DNA of 64,000 nucleotides, taken from the NCBI RefSeq assembly GCF_009914755.1, contig NC_060929.1; one strand, 5' to 3'. Below are positions 12,833 to 24,465 of this stretch, piece after piece (position 1 is the stretch's first letter; every line of letters starts with the position of its first letter). A program made the translations under genes and the position numbers. The notes below the pieces were generated by a model. That model searched no databases. It saw only the letters and a list, made by a program, of their open reading frames with translations, and had not been told where the DNA came from. The stretch comes from the human T2T-CHM13v2.0 reference genome, Homo sapiens.

Positions 12833-15029
12833 CAGGAGAATAATACTGTGTTGGTAATTATGCGCAGTGATCCAAATCTGAAGATGATCTGCTTATGTGT
12901 AGGGACAGGACCTCAAAACCAGAATTGAAATCATTTAAATGGAAAGTTTAGCAAATTTGCAGATTTGAAAAGAAGAATTTGAAGAGCTAGCTGTGTGGAA
13001 ACTGTGATAGCTATGTAAAAGTAGTGAAGGAAAAACAGGACTACAGGGCGAATGCTTTGCTGTGGCATTCATGTGAATGCAGAAAGGTATAAAGCAGGAG
13101 CTTGTTTCTCCCTGAGATGTGAAGCAGGTGTGTTTTGTTCTTCCTTTTAAATTAGCTTTGTGAAATACTATCAAGCTGATTTTAATCTAGAACAATCTAT
13201 TTAGTGACTACATTGTTCCAACTTGAATGAGTAGAAAATGGGGTCTGCTATGTGAAGATAATTAAACTGCAGATGTTTTAATCTTCAAGAAATACTGATA
13301 TGTAATTAACCATGCACTGACTAATGATCTATACTTAACTGTTCACAACTTTGAGGCACACTAATAAAAGTAGGATTTCAGAGCTTGTTAGAATAGGCAT
13401 ATGTATCACGTAAGTCTCTTTAGAAGACAGATACTTATGTTTCTCTTTCTTGCCCACTAATATCTGTGTATACAGAGTTAATCCCCTTTCAGTGATGTTG
13501 AGTATATGAAATGGCAACACTTTGACATTTATCTTTAATTTGTTGAGTCTCTAGTGATGCATTATTTTAGTGTATCCAATATCATAAGGGTGACTTAAAT
13601 TCTTTACCCTGGAAAGAATTGTTAACCATGTTTTAGAAAATGTGTATCCTATTGCTTATGTTCTTTTTTCATCACAGAACATATCTCTTCCCCTTGACAT
13701 TTGATCTCTGTGTTACAGAGTCCTTGTCTACAGGCTGAGGTCTAATTAAGTTCTTTTCTGAATGTGATATACAGTCACTCTATTTTTCTGCCTAGCATTA
13801 TTTTTCTGCTTTTCACAGTAACTGCCCCTTACTGCTGCTGTCTGCTACCAATTCTTAAAAGCAAATAAAGCCGGCAATTATGACTAATTTCTAATCCTCA
13901 TTTTAGGAAACAGGCAGTAGCTACCTCATGAGCCCATCAATTTACCTTGGAATAAGTCTGTAGGTTAAGTGGTTTTAAATCCATTTTGGATCAGAAGTTG
14001 TGGGCCCTCTGTCTAGGAAAATGTGAAAAACAACTTTACATAAATTGCAGAAGGTTCACGGAACCCCTAGCAGCTCATCCATGGTTTCAGGTTAAAGTCT
14101 CTGTATAGTTAGCTACTAAGACTAGCAGATCTTTCTTCATTTATAATTCTGTTCCAATTCAATAATTCTGTATAAAAATATGCATATTGTTCTCTTCTAA
14201 ATTAGATTTTTACTAATGGTTCATATTTAGTCATATTAACTTAAATGTGTATTATTTCCACTTTCCAAAATGCTAGTCATTTTTCAAAGTTAAATCAAAC
14301 ATCTCTTCCATGAAGCTCTCTGTTTTCCCACAAATCCCCCCTCCTAGGCAACTGAAAGTAGTTGATCTTTGTTTTTTTGTCATTCCCGCTCTTACCTTCT
14401 ATTCCTCCTTATAGATATATCTTTTGTGCAAGTTAATATTTTCTGCCGTTTATAGATTTATGTCTACTAATGTTTTTCAACTTACTCTCCATGGAAACAG
14501 CAATTCTCTTTTTCCACACATTTTATTGATTTACATAGTGTTTATAATAAATAATGTAGAAACATGTGCTTTTACAAACAAGAATAGTGAAGTAAACAAG
14601 TTTGGGAATGAACACAGTTGCCTCTTGGTAGATGTACATCTAAACAGAAATATGTGAAATACAGGAGAGTAATCTGGTAGTTTCCAATGCTTATCATAAT
14701 ATGGGCACCATTTGGAACATTTTATAAAAGGAATGAAGTACATTGTCTAATTTGACGAGTTGGTATATTGTTGGCCATTTAAGAGTTTCTGTTGCAGTAA
14801 AGAAAACTAATCCTTTCCAGTCCTTGGCACTACCAATTTTTATGCCAGAAAACCAGAGTAAACCAGGATGCACACCTTCTAGTAAACATTAATGTTTAAT
14901 TTTTAAAATGTTAATTAAAAAAATTTAAATTACACGACTTTACTCTTTGCATTTCGTAACATTACCTAATGGCAGTAAAGTATCTTAGCAAGCAGTTATG
15001 TATAGGATTTAACAGTTTTTGCTGTAGAA

Positions 15030-15200
15030 TCAGTGGCTAGGAACTTTTGTCTCTTAATCACTGTAAAATTTGGGCAAGCTATTCAATGTATGAGCCTGAA
15101 TTTTCTCAGCTGTAAAATGGAGATAATAGTTAAAACCAAGTAGAGATTGTTATAAGATTGGATGCCTGATACATATAGCATTAAATAAGTATAATCTGTT
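15030..15200 (+). mobile_element. MIR
   Basis: MIR core 'ttgggcaag...gagcctgaattttctcagctgtaaaatggagataata'. Confidence 0.7.
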
Positions 15201-16789
15201 ATACATATTAATAATGAAATTTACTGGGTATTTATCAAATATATGGAATATATCTTTATGACACATTCATAATTTCATTTCTTTGAAACAGCCATATAAA
15301 ACTCCTAATTGTATTTACTTTAAGAATAGTTAAAGCATTGATATTATTTCTATCAAGTCTTACTGGCTTTCCTAATCAAATGTACTGTTTTTTATTTCAT
15401 ACATTTGGTGGAGTTGTAGGTCTACAATGATCAGTAGAAACTCATGGATAAGAGGGTTGATCAAGTTGAGTATTTAGCCTTGTTGTGAGTGAGTTAAGCC
15501 AGCACCAATGCAGTGGGCTAAGAAATTAGACAACAGTCTATTATTTCAGGTTTGTGTTACACTTCCTAATACATAAAGAGTCCATAGAGTAAGGGAGAGT
15601 TTAAAAAATGGAACCTTTGTATTATTTATTTGTCTCCAATAATAACAGCAACAAACAGTGAGTATAGGCCGTGCTTGCTAGTAACCCACCTCTCAAGAAA
15701 GATAAGCCCTATTTTAGAGCATTTGTCAATGTTCATGGTGTGAGTATTCCCAATATGGCTCCTTTCAAGTTACTAATGACTTAACAAGCAGCTCATGAAA
15801 TTCCTGAAAATTTGACAGGTGGCTCCTGCTAGCTGGCTTTAACACAAAACTGATAGGTCCTTTGATCTCATCATTCAGAGTTACCCTGTAGTTGCTTACC
15901 TTCTTGTGAAGTAACATTTCTCTTCTACTGGAAACATTCTTTTTTCCTCCTTCACTTCTCATCTTGTTGACTTCATCTTCTCCCTTTCAGGTTCTATGCT
16001 AATTTCAGTGACTCAGTTTTGTTTGGTTCTTTTCTGATTTCTGTTTGGTAGAGATGGTGCAGTGGGTAAGTGGAGTGGGATGGGAAGGAGAAGAAAGCCA
16101 TTTGAGCTAGAAGTCTTTATTTTCCCTCAACCCTAAAGACAGCTTTATATGTTTAAACTCCTTAATGTAGCCTGGATGGCTCTGTGTGACTCATCCCAAT
16201 GTATTTTTCCATTCTGATTGTTTAGAGTGCTCTGTCCTCAAAATATGCAACTCATCCATCCATATAGGAATTTATAAATTTCCTTGAAAGTACAGTGTTC
16301 TCTCTTCCAAGCTTTCTTACCCGTAGTTTCTTCTGCCTGAAATGGTCTTAATCTCTCTTCCCCTCTTATGCTTTCATCTAACCAAACCCCCTTCAGCCTC
16401 CATCTCATGCCCCTCTCTCTGATGTCTCAGATGTGTGTTATCCACTCATTTGTGATCCCACAATGTCTTGTACTTACTTTCCTAATCCATTTACTGCCCT
16501 ATGTCTGACTCATTTGTCAGCACTGTGACAAATGTTTCAAAGGAACTCCATAGGTATTTGCCAAATTAGGTACCAGGGCTTGTTAGGACAACTATGGGTT
16601 ACGAATCAGGAGACCCTGAATCATTTGACATATGTCAGAAGACCTCTAGGACTTAGTTTTATTTATTTACACAATATTCTGAGTTTCTATCCTGCATTAT
16701 GAGCAGCAGATAACTCACCTCTGCTTTGGGGGTCAGTGACAAAGTATAATATTTAAGGTATCCCTTTGCATCTGACTTCTTTTAAGGTG

Positions 16790-16970
16790 TGAGAAGCAGC
16801 ACAGTGCTGTGGTTACAAGTGTGGACTCCAGAGCCAAGCCTCCTTGACTCAAATCTCAGCCCTGCTGCCTTGGATAAGTTGATTGTTTCTCCCATGTGTG
16901 AGGTGGAGATTATAGGAGAACCTACCTCACAAGTTGTTAGGAGAAAGAAATGGGTCAATACATATGAATA
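16790..16970 (+). mobile_element. MIR
   Basis: 'gcagcacagtgctgtggtta...ggactccagagcc...aacctacctcacaagttgttagg'. Confidence 0.7.
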
Positions 16971-17959
16971 GGAGTTAGGTTTTATTATTACTGTTGCTAA
17001 TATTACCTTTAATTTTGTTTTGCTGACCTCTATGAGGCTTTATTATATTTCTTCCCTTGGAATTATAGTCATTAGATTTCTACTTTAACTTATTTGTATT
17101 GGGTTCGGAGTCCATAGCATCCCAAATATTCTTCCAAAATTAGAAACCTATTTTTCACTCACCTATAATTTTCTTTCCTTTCTCTCCTCCTGACACACTT
17201 TCTGTAATTCTTTCTGAGGGTTCTCGGGGACTGTATAGTGTTGGACTTGTTATTAGCATAAGCAAAATGAATTTCAGAAAGCATGAAGCAATTTTTTATT
17301 CCCTATTTCCTCTCAGAAATGAGCTTTTTCATGTACACTGGCAACTTAAAAAAAAAAACTCTCTTTCCCATATCCAAGATAACTTTTCAAATTAATATAA
17401 TGATTTGTTCCATTCTAAGGAGTAATTATCAGTAATGTTTTATTTTTAGAGTAATATCCAGTGATTTTCAGAAACTGGAAGTTGTCATAAAATCATTGAA
17501 AGATAAGTAATGTTCTTCTAGCTACTTCCGGCAGGTGTCTCAGCTGATTTGACCCTGCTTGAAAAGTGAGTTTAGTATCCAGACTGCCAACTTATATAAA
17601 TTGTGAGGGTAAATGTGTTGTGAAGTGTCTGAGATCTGGGGTGAGGAGAGAAGAATGAGAGAGACAATATTTGAACACGAAAAAAATATGTTTAGCAAAT
17701 TGGATCTATTTACACTATTACATTAAAGAAGGAAATTAAACAAGCTCTAAAACATCCATGGGCAGATGGACACAACCTCCTTATGAATGAGAAAAAAGAA
17801 GAGAGGAGGTGCTCAGAGAAAGTCGCAAATTACCCTCAAATCTGTTTTCATACTTCTTTTGGAGAGCTTGTGGGTCAAAGTGCGTATCTTCTATTTCCAG
17901 TATTCTCAAGGCACTAAGACGAGACAGAGAGTGACACTTCACAGTAAAAGAAATGATGC

Positions 17960-18245
17960 CAAGTGTGGCTGGTGCACACTGAGTAGGTGAGAGGGTGTGG
18001 TACAAGATGCCACTGGTGATGTAGCTAGGGGCCAGGTCTCAGATGACCTCCTAAGCAATGTTGAGAATTTGGGATTTCATTCTAAGGGCAGTGGGAAGCC
18101 TTTGGGAAGTTTGGACAGAGAAGTGGAAATCATTTATTTTTAAGAAGCTCTTTTCATCTATAAGGTAGACAATGGATTGGAATCAGCCAGAGATGCATTG
18201 AGTAGAGACCAGTTGAAAGGCTATTATAATAATGCAGACAAGGGG
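17960..18245 (-). mobile_element. L2 fragment
   Basis: 'gaatttgggatttcattctaagggcagtgggaagcc...agaccagttgaaaggctatt' L2 motifs. Confidence 0.65.
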
Positions 18246-18467
18246 ATGTCTGCTTTTAGTGGCTCAGTCTAGGAAGAAGAGAGACCACAGGAGATCCAGC
18301 ACTCTTCTCCATATGAGAGGCCCTGATGTGTAGCTAGTCATGTGAAAGAACTGAGAAAGAAAAGCAGTCACAATTAATCCTTTACCATGTATGTGCACAT
18401 GGATTGTGGAGGTTAACAGTGTGATGTCACCTTAGTTTCATTTGTTAAAAGCAGTGATAGAGGTGTA

Positions 18468-18744
<277 letters not shown>

Positions 18745-20262
18745 AGAGGTGGATTTTTGTAAGCCTTCTTATGTGAATGAGTTCAAAGATTTGCCCATTT
18801 GTTTTCCTTTTTATAAACCATTTTCTCCTCTTAGAAATTTCTCAACTTGGAACTTTCAGTAAGTGAGATGTAAAATTAAGATAGACATTTTTGGATTTTT
18901 ACCAAATGGCTCGTGTAAGTTCATGAGCATCACTTGGCACCAGATGGCTAAGAACAATTATCAAGCATTTCTTTAGACTTTAATGTTTTCAGAGAACTTT
19001 ATGATAAGTGACTAATTTAGCTTCACATTTGCCTGGTAAGAAGGGTGAGGGAAAAATAATAGCCAGCCACCTAAGTCACATTTATGTAATTCATAGGACT
19101 CTGTGGATTCTTAAGACATATTAAATAGTAAATTAGTGTGTGCTGAGGATGGGAAGCATAAGGTTTTGGGAAGGCTCAGGATTAGCAAACCTGTGGTGGT
19201 AACAAGGTTGAAATAAATTCCGATTACTTCACACCTAGGTTTTAAGGGATTGTTATGGTTTGGTTTTTTTTGAGAATTGAGAACCAGGGAGCTAGACCCA
19301 TCATATGTAGTCTGTCTCCATTAAACAATCATATATAGAGGTAATATTATGCCCCTTCTACAGTTTAGGAAACTGAGGCCAGGTAAATAGGTGAATTGTT
19401 TGTTTGCACGGCCATTTAAGTTTGTAGAGCAAGAGTTCTAAGGTTTGGGTGATTCATCATCCATGCCTTGATATGAGATGACAGCTTTCCCCTCCATACT
19501 GAGGTGATGAGGCTGTTCCATTTCCTAGCCAGGCACTCTGGCCTGCTGTGTGTATGTGTTTTTATAAAATTTCTATAATCTACCTCTTGATGGGGTTAAA
19601 TATGCTTCAAAATCTAATTTAATCTTTCTGGTTTCTAATGTGATTTCAATGAAGGCTTATTTCCAATGCAATGGTTTTGCAATTATAGTGGAATCTCAGC
19701 TTATGTGCATTTAATTTATGTAAATTCAACTTTACGTGCATAGCAAATAAAAGAAAACTGTTTAAATCATGTAGAAGATCTTGTCCCCTCTTCTATGCGG
19801 TGAGCCCATGCCCCAGAGTAAGAGAAGAGATTCTACTTTTCTTTCTCTGTCCCAGGCCTTCACACTTTTTATAGGGGAGGACTTTGCCTGAATGAGATTC
19901 TATTGTTTAAAAATACTTATTTTTCAAACAATATAGTCCCTAAGAAAAGTCTTCATTTCACTTGTTTTTGACCTAAGAACTCTCTGCTGCAAAACTGGAG
20001 GGAAGATTTTTTTCCTTTGCATTTATTTATTTATTTATCTGGCACACATTGAATGAGAACATACTATGTTCCAGTACTGTTTCAGGGACTGGGAATACAG
20101 CAAGCACTACAAAATTCCTGACCTCAGAGATCTTACAGTTGAGTGGCTTTTGAGGTACAGAATATCAGCCTCAGCATGCTGCCTACCTAAGATATTTTAG
20201 GATTAATATCGTTTGTGTGTGATTTTCACTTAGGTGATCATTTTTAAAATTGAGCCCCTCTT

Positions 20263-21022
20263 TACAGCTGCTGTAGAAGACAGTTTGGCAGTTTCTTACA
20301 AAGCTAAACCTACTTTTACCATATGATACAGCTATCATATTCTTGGTATTTACACAAATGAGTGAAAAACTTATGTCCACATAGAAAACCTGCACATGGA
20401 TGTTTGCAGCAGCCTTATTCATAATTACCCAAAACTGGAAGGAGCCAGCATGTCCTTCTTTTGATGAATGGATGAATAAGTTGTGGTACATCTGTACAAT
20501 GGAATATTATTCTGTGCTAAGAAGAAATTTTTATCAAGCCATAAAAGTACATGGAGGAACCTTAAAAGTGTATTACTATGTGAAGAAAGCCAATCTGTAA
20601 AGTCTGTATGCTATGCGATTCCAACAACATGGCTTTCTGGAAAAGAAAAAAACTTTGGAGATGGTAGTTGCTAGGGGCTTGTGGGGAGGGAGGGATAAAT
20701 AGATGGAGCCAGGGAATTTTTAGGGCAGAGAAACTACTCTGTATGATACTATAATGCTGGATGCATATCATAATACATTTGTCAAAACCCATAGAAGGCA
20801 CAACACCAAGAATGAACCCTAATGTAAATTATGGGTTTTGAGGGATAATTGTGTGTCAGTGTAATGGTTCATCAATTGTAAGAAATGTAGCACGCCAGTT
20901 GGTGGGTTATGCTGTGCATTTGAAGGGATGGGTGGAGCACAAGGGATATATATGCAAGCTTTCTGAAGTTCAATTCGATTTTGCTGCGAACCTAAAACTG
21001 CTATAATAAGTAATCTATATAT
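20263..21022 (+). mobile_element. L1MC (L1MC1/2-like) ORF2 end and 3'UTR
   Basis: ORF MFAAALFIITQNWKEPACPSFDEWMNKLWY is L1 ORF2 C-terminus; L1MC-type 3'UTR. Confidence 0.88.
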
Positions 21023-22014
21023 AAAGACGTAGCCCCCTCCTCTCCATCACAGGTACCCTCACGCAAGCCACAACTCTTTATATATCCACGTATTTGTCAT
21101 ATCCCTTCTCTGATAATAGATCTATACAGTTTTGTGGTTTTACTGGGATCATAAAAGCATTTTATAAAATGCCACATTGTGCAACATGATCATGAAAGAT
21201 GAGAAATAGGTGTTGGAGGCCTGGGTTTTTGTCATCCATCTGACCCAAGTTATTTATTGGGTCAGAAAGGCTTTGCATAAGCCTTTCTCCTCTCATCTAT
21301 GAAATAATAGGATTCAGTTGGCTAGTCCCTAAGGCCCCAACCAGTTGTTTTTTGAAATATTTTTAACTGAATGATTAAGACTTTTTCCTAATCATCAAGC
21401 AGTATGAAAGTAAAATTCCTTCAGTAAATTACAAGCCATATTTTCATTCCTTTAAAAATCAAAATGTTTAAAGATATATTGATTAATGTTCTTACAGGCC
21501 TTGCCATAGGACAGATTCCTGGAATCTCTTACACATATTTTTTGCGTTGCGTGACACACTTATCTTTTAGATGCTATTTTGGAGAAAAGGTGTTCAATAT
21601 AACCTAACAGACAGGGATAGCAGGTAATAGTCCAGATATTTTATTTTCAACTTTTATAATATTGTATTATAAAATATTACATTTTTTAAGTTGAGGAAAA
21701 TTATATGGTGAATACAGTGTGCTAATCACCCAGCTTTAGCAAATCTTAAGATTTTGCAAAATTTGCTTCCTAGTTGTTTAAACAATAAAATATTTTCGAT
21801 GTTTAAAATCTCATATGGAAATAAATTGTTTTTATATTAACTTTTTAATTTCTGTTTGTAAGTGCATCAAATAATTATTAAGAAAAATTGGAAAATTTAA
21901 AAGGTCAAATGATGCATAATCTTACCACCCTGAGAGGAGGACTATTAGGATCATTTTGGTAAACTTTCTTTGTCATGCAGATGCTATATGCCTATATCTG
22001 GCAAATAGTTATCT

Positions 22015-23200
22015 TTTTATAATTTTATTATGGGAAATTTAAAACATATTAAAGTAAGGGGATAGGGTAGTGAAATCCTATCTACCCATAAGCAAACCTC
22101 AAAGGTTTCTAGTTCATGGACAGTCTTGTATTATTACCCAACCCCTATTGGAGCAAATTCCCACCCATAGTAACACTTCTTTAAGTAGTTCAGTGTTCAT
22201 CCCTACAAGATGATATCCTCTTTATAAATATAAGAATGATATTATATCAAAGACATTAATACATCTTCAATATCAAGCATCTAATTACTTTTCAAATTAT
22301 CGATTATATTTTTTTCTTAGGTATTGTTTGTAAATCAAGATCCAAGTGAGTTTCATCCATTAAAATAGACTTTCTTGTCTCCTAAGTCTCTATTAATCCA
22401 TAGTTTTCCCATCACTGTTATTTTTCTTGTAATTTATACATGGAAGACAATGGGGTTATTTGTCCTACAGACAGTCTCACAGTCTGGATGTTGCCAATTT
22501 CATCCCTCTGATATTATTTACAGCATATTTCTCAGTCACCTGGATTTCCTATAAGTGAGATTTAAGGATAACAACTTGATGTAATTTAGGTTGCATGTTT
22601 TTGATCACACGTAGCTTCACCTATAAAGCTACATACTTCCATCAGGAGGCAATGATGTCTTCTTACTCTTGAAATGTTAGCAGTCATTGATAATTATTGC
22701 CTAGATCTACTATTTTATTAGGGGCTACAAAACTTTGATCTTAAAATTTTATTATTTTGTCCTCATTTTTGGTGAAAAACTTCTACAAATGGAAACTTTT
22801 ATCAGTATTTGATTATAGACCACAAAGAAAGGCAGCTTGTTTTTCTATTATTTACCATTTTCAAAATAATGATCTGGTTCTCCAAAGATGATCAATAAGA
22901 GGTTTTCTGTCTCCTTTTTTTCTTAGTATTATTATGATCTCATAGATTTAAATATATCTGCAGTGTTTTGATCATTTGCAGTTATTATTCTTGGTGATGC
23001 TCTAATTTTTCTATCCTTAATTTGCATTTCTCTTATTATATATGTGGCCAAGCTCACAGACTATGCACTTATTTTTCTTTAAATTTCCTATTGACATCCC
23101 CATGCCTATTTTTCTAGACACTTACTAGAGTTTTTCTCTTCTATCTCCAGAAAATGTTTATATGTTAGGAATATTAACTCTTTGCTCTTATGAGATGAAA
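22015..23200 (-). mobile_element. Old L1 (L1MC4/5-like) 3' region
   Basis: 'ttttattatgggaaatttaaaacata', 'cacagtctggatgttgcc', 'ttaatttgcatttctc' antisense motifs. Confidence 0.6.
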
Positions 23201-23309
23201 AGAGTACTCACAAAATACCATAAGCAATGTACGGAGATAAAGAACAAACTTGGAAAACATGTTTACAGTTTTTATCACAGGCAAAGATGAGTTCAGGTCT
23301 CAGCAGGAA

Positions 23310-23540
23310 AAAGTGTAACACAGTGATTGGAAGCCCAGACCCTGGACTCAAGACTCTCCTGCATTCTAATCCATGCTCTATAATGTTACACAAGTTACTT
23401 TAACACTCCGAGCCTTCCCATTCCCCATCTACAAAGTGGGAATCCTAACAATATTGTCTCATTAGTTTATTGGAAAGATTTCATGAGAAAATACAAGCTG
23501 AACAGTGCTGGCACATACAAGCTCAATAAATAATAGTTTC
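23310..23540 (+). mobile_element. MIR
   Basis: 'caagttactttaacactccgagcc...catctacaaagtggga...gctcaataaa'. Confidence 0.65.
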
Positions 23541-24259
23541 TGAGACTCTTCTTTTTGAGTGCCAATAATGATGATAGTCAATTGTGCTTTGTTAATGGCT
23601 TGGGGGTTGGGCAGTAATTCTACTCCTCTGAGCCTCAGACTCTTTGGGTTTACTCAACACATCAGTGTGGCAGGTCATTCTCTACAGGTCTGCCTTTCCT
23701 GCTTGCCACCATAGAGTTAACAAGGAAATTGTGTAGCTTTGTTCAAACATCAGTCAGTGGAGGGTATCATACATAAATGATTGATTCATTTTCCTATACA
23801 GATAATATGCCTATACAATGGCTCTGTAGTACATACTTGCTCTGTGCCTCTAAGAAATGGACATGAAACAGAGTCCATACTCTGAATAATTTGGTCTAGT
23901 AGGGAAGACGCAAACACATTGTTGCCCATATTACTATTTTTTTCATCCTCCTAAAACCCTTGTAAAATACAACCAAGGTGTTATGCCCATTTTATAGGTA
24001 AGAGAATTCAGACCCAGCATGGCACCATTGTATTAATTCAAGTCCCCTTGAGGAGGTTTTACTTAAATCTAATACCCATTGAACTTCAACCCAGCTCTCA
24101 AGGGTTTGTATGTCCTGACTAGATGAAATATCTTATATTTGTGTTTTTTCCTGTTTTCCTCCTTTCTGTAACTGGTCAGCTGACATTATTTTGGAAGGAT
24201 TTTACTAAAGCAAAAATTAAATCCCAAAAATCATTTGACAATGAATATTGGCAGCAAAC

Positions 24260-24465
24260 AACTGCATACTTAGGTCCTTTCTAGATGCTATTCTAAGTGC
24301 TTTAAAATTGATTATCACAAAGAACTCTTTGAGATAGATATCACCATGGTGTCTGTGATGCAGAAGAAGCACTGAGAGGTTAAATAACATGCCCAAGGAC
24401 ACAACTTGGGGGTGGCTGAGCCAGGAATCAAACCTAGGCAGGGATCTAATGCTTTTAGCCAGTAT
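24260..24465 (-). mobile_element. MIR
   Basis: 'gcactgagaggttaaataacatgcccaaggacaca...gagccaggaatcaaacctagg'. Confidence 0.75.

Larger units (their letters stand above)
6713..15962 (-). pseudogene. Putative unprocessed fossil gene of the GREB1/GREB1L family
   Basis: Minus-strand candidate exons, mostly AG..GT bounded: about 15615-15962 (tentative), 14535-14878, 13339-13463, 12249-12496, 11032-11401, 10482-10623, 9703-10268, 9116-9383, 8679-8912, 8076-8588, 7545-7939 (split by an LTR), 6713-about 7337. Ordered motif matches to recalled GREB1/GREB1L sequence: LLWFSGIKIGSAKDWKGLVFFT, DIGLLV, SRI..W..GLRHYSSS..MLRFN, IILATK..SETF, RQLVFSAFP, PNSWS*HIPPFNI..HIFVV. Many stops and frameshifts. Confidence 0.7.

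Noticed and set aside
12939-13130. Plus-strand protein-looking stretch (KEEFEELAVWKL..GKTGLQGECFAVAF)
   Set aside because: Multiple stops, no family recognised and no clear splice frame.
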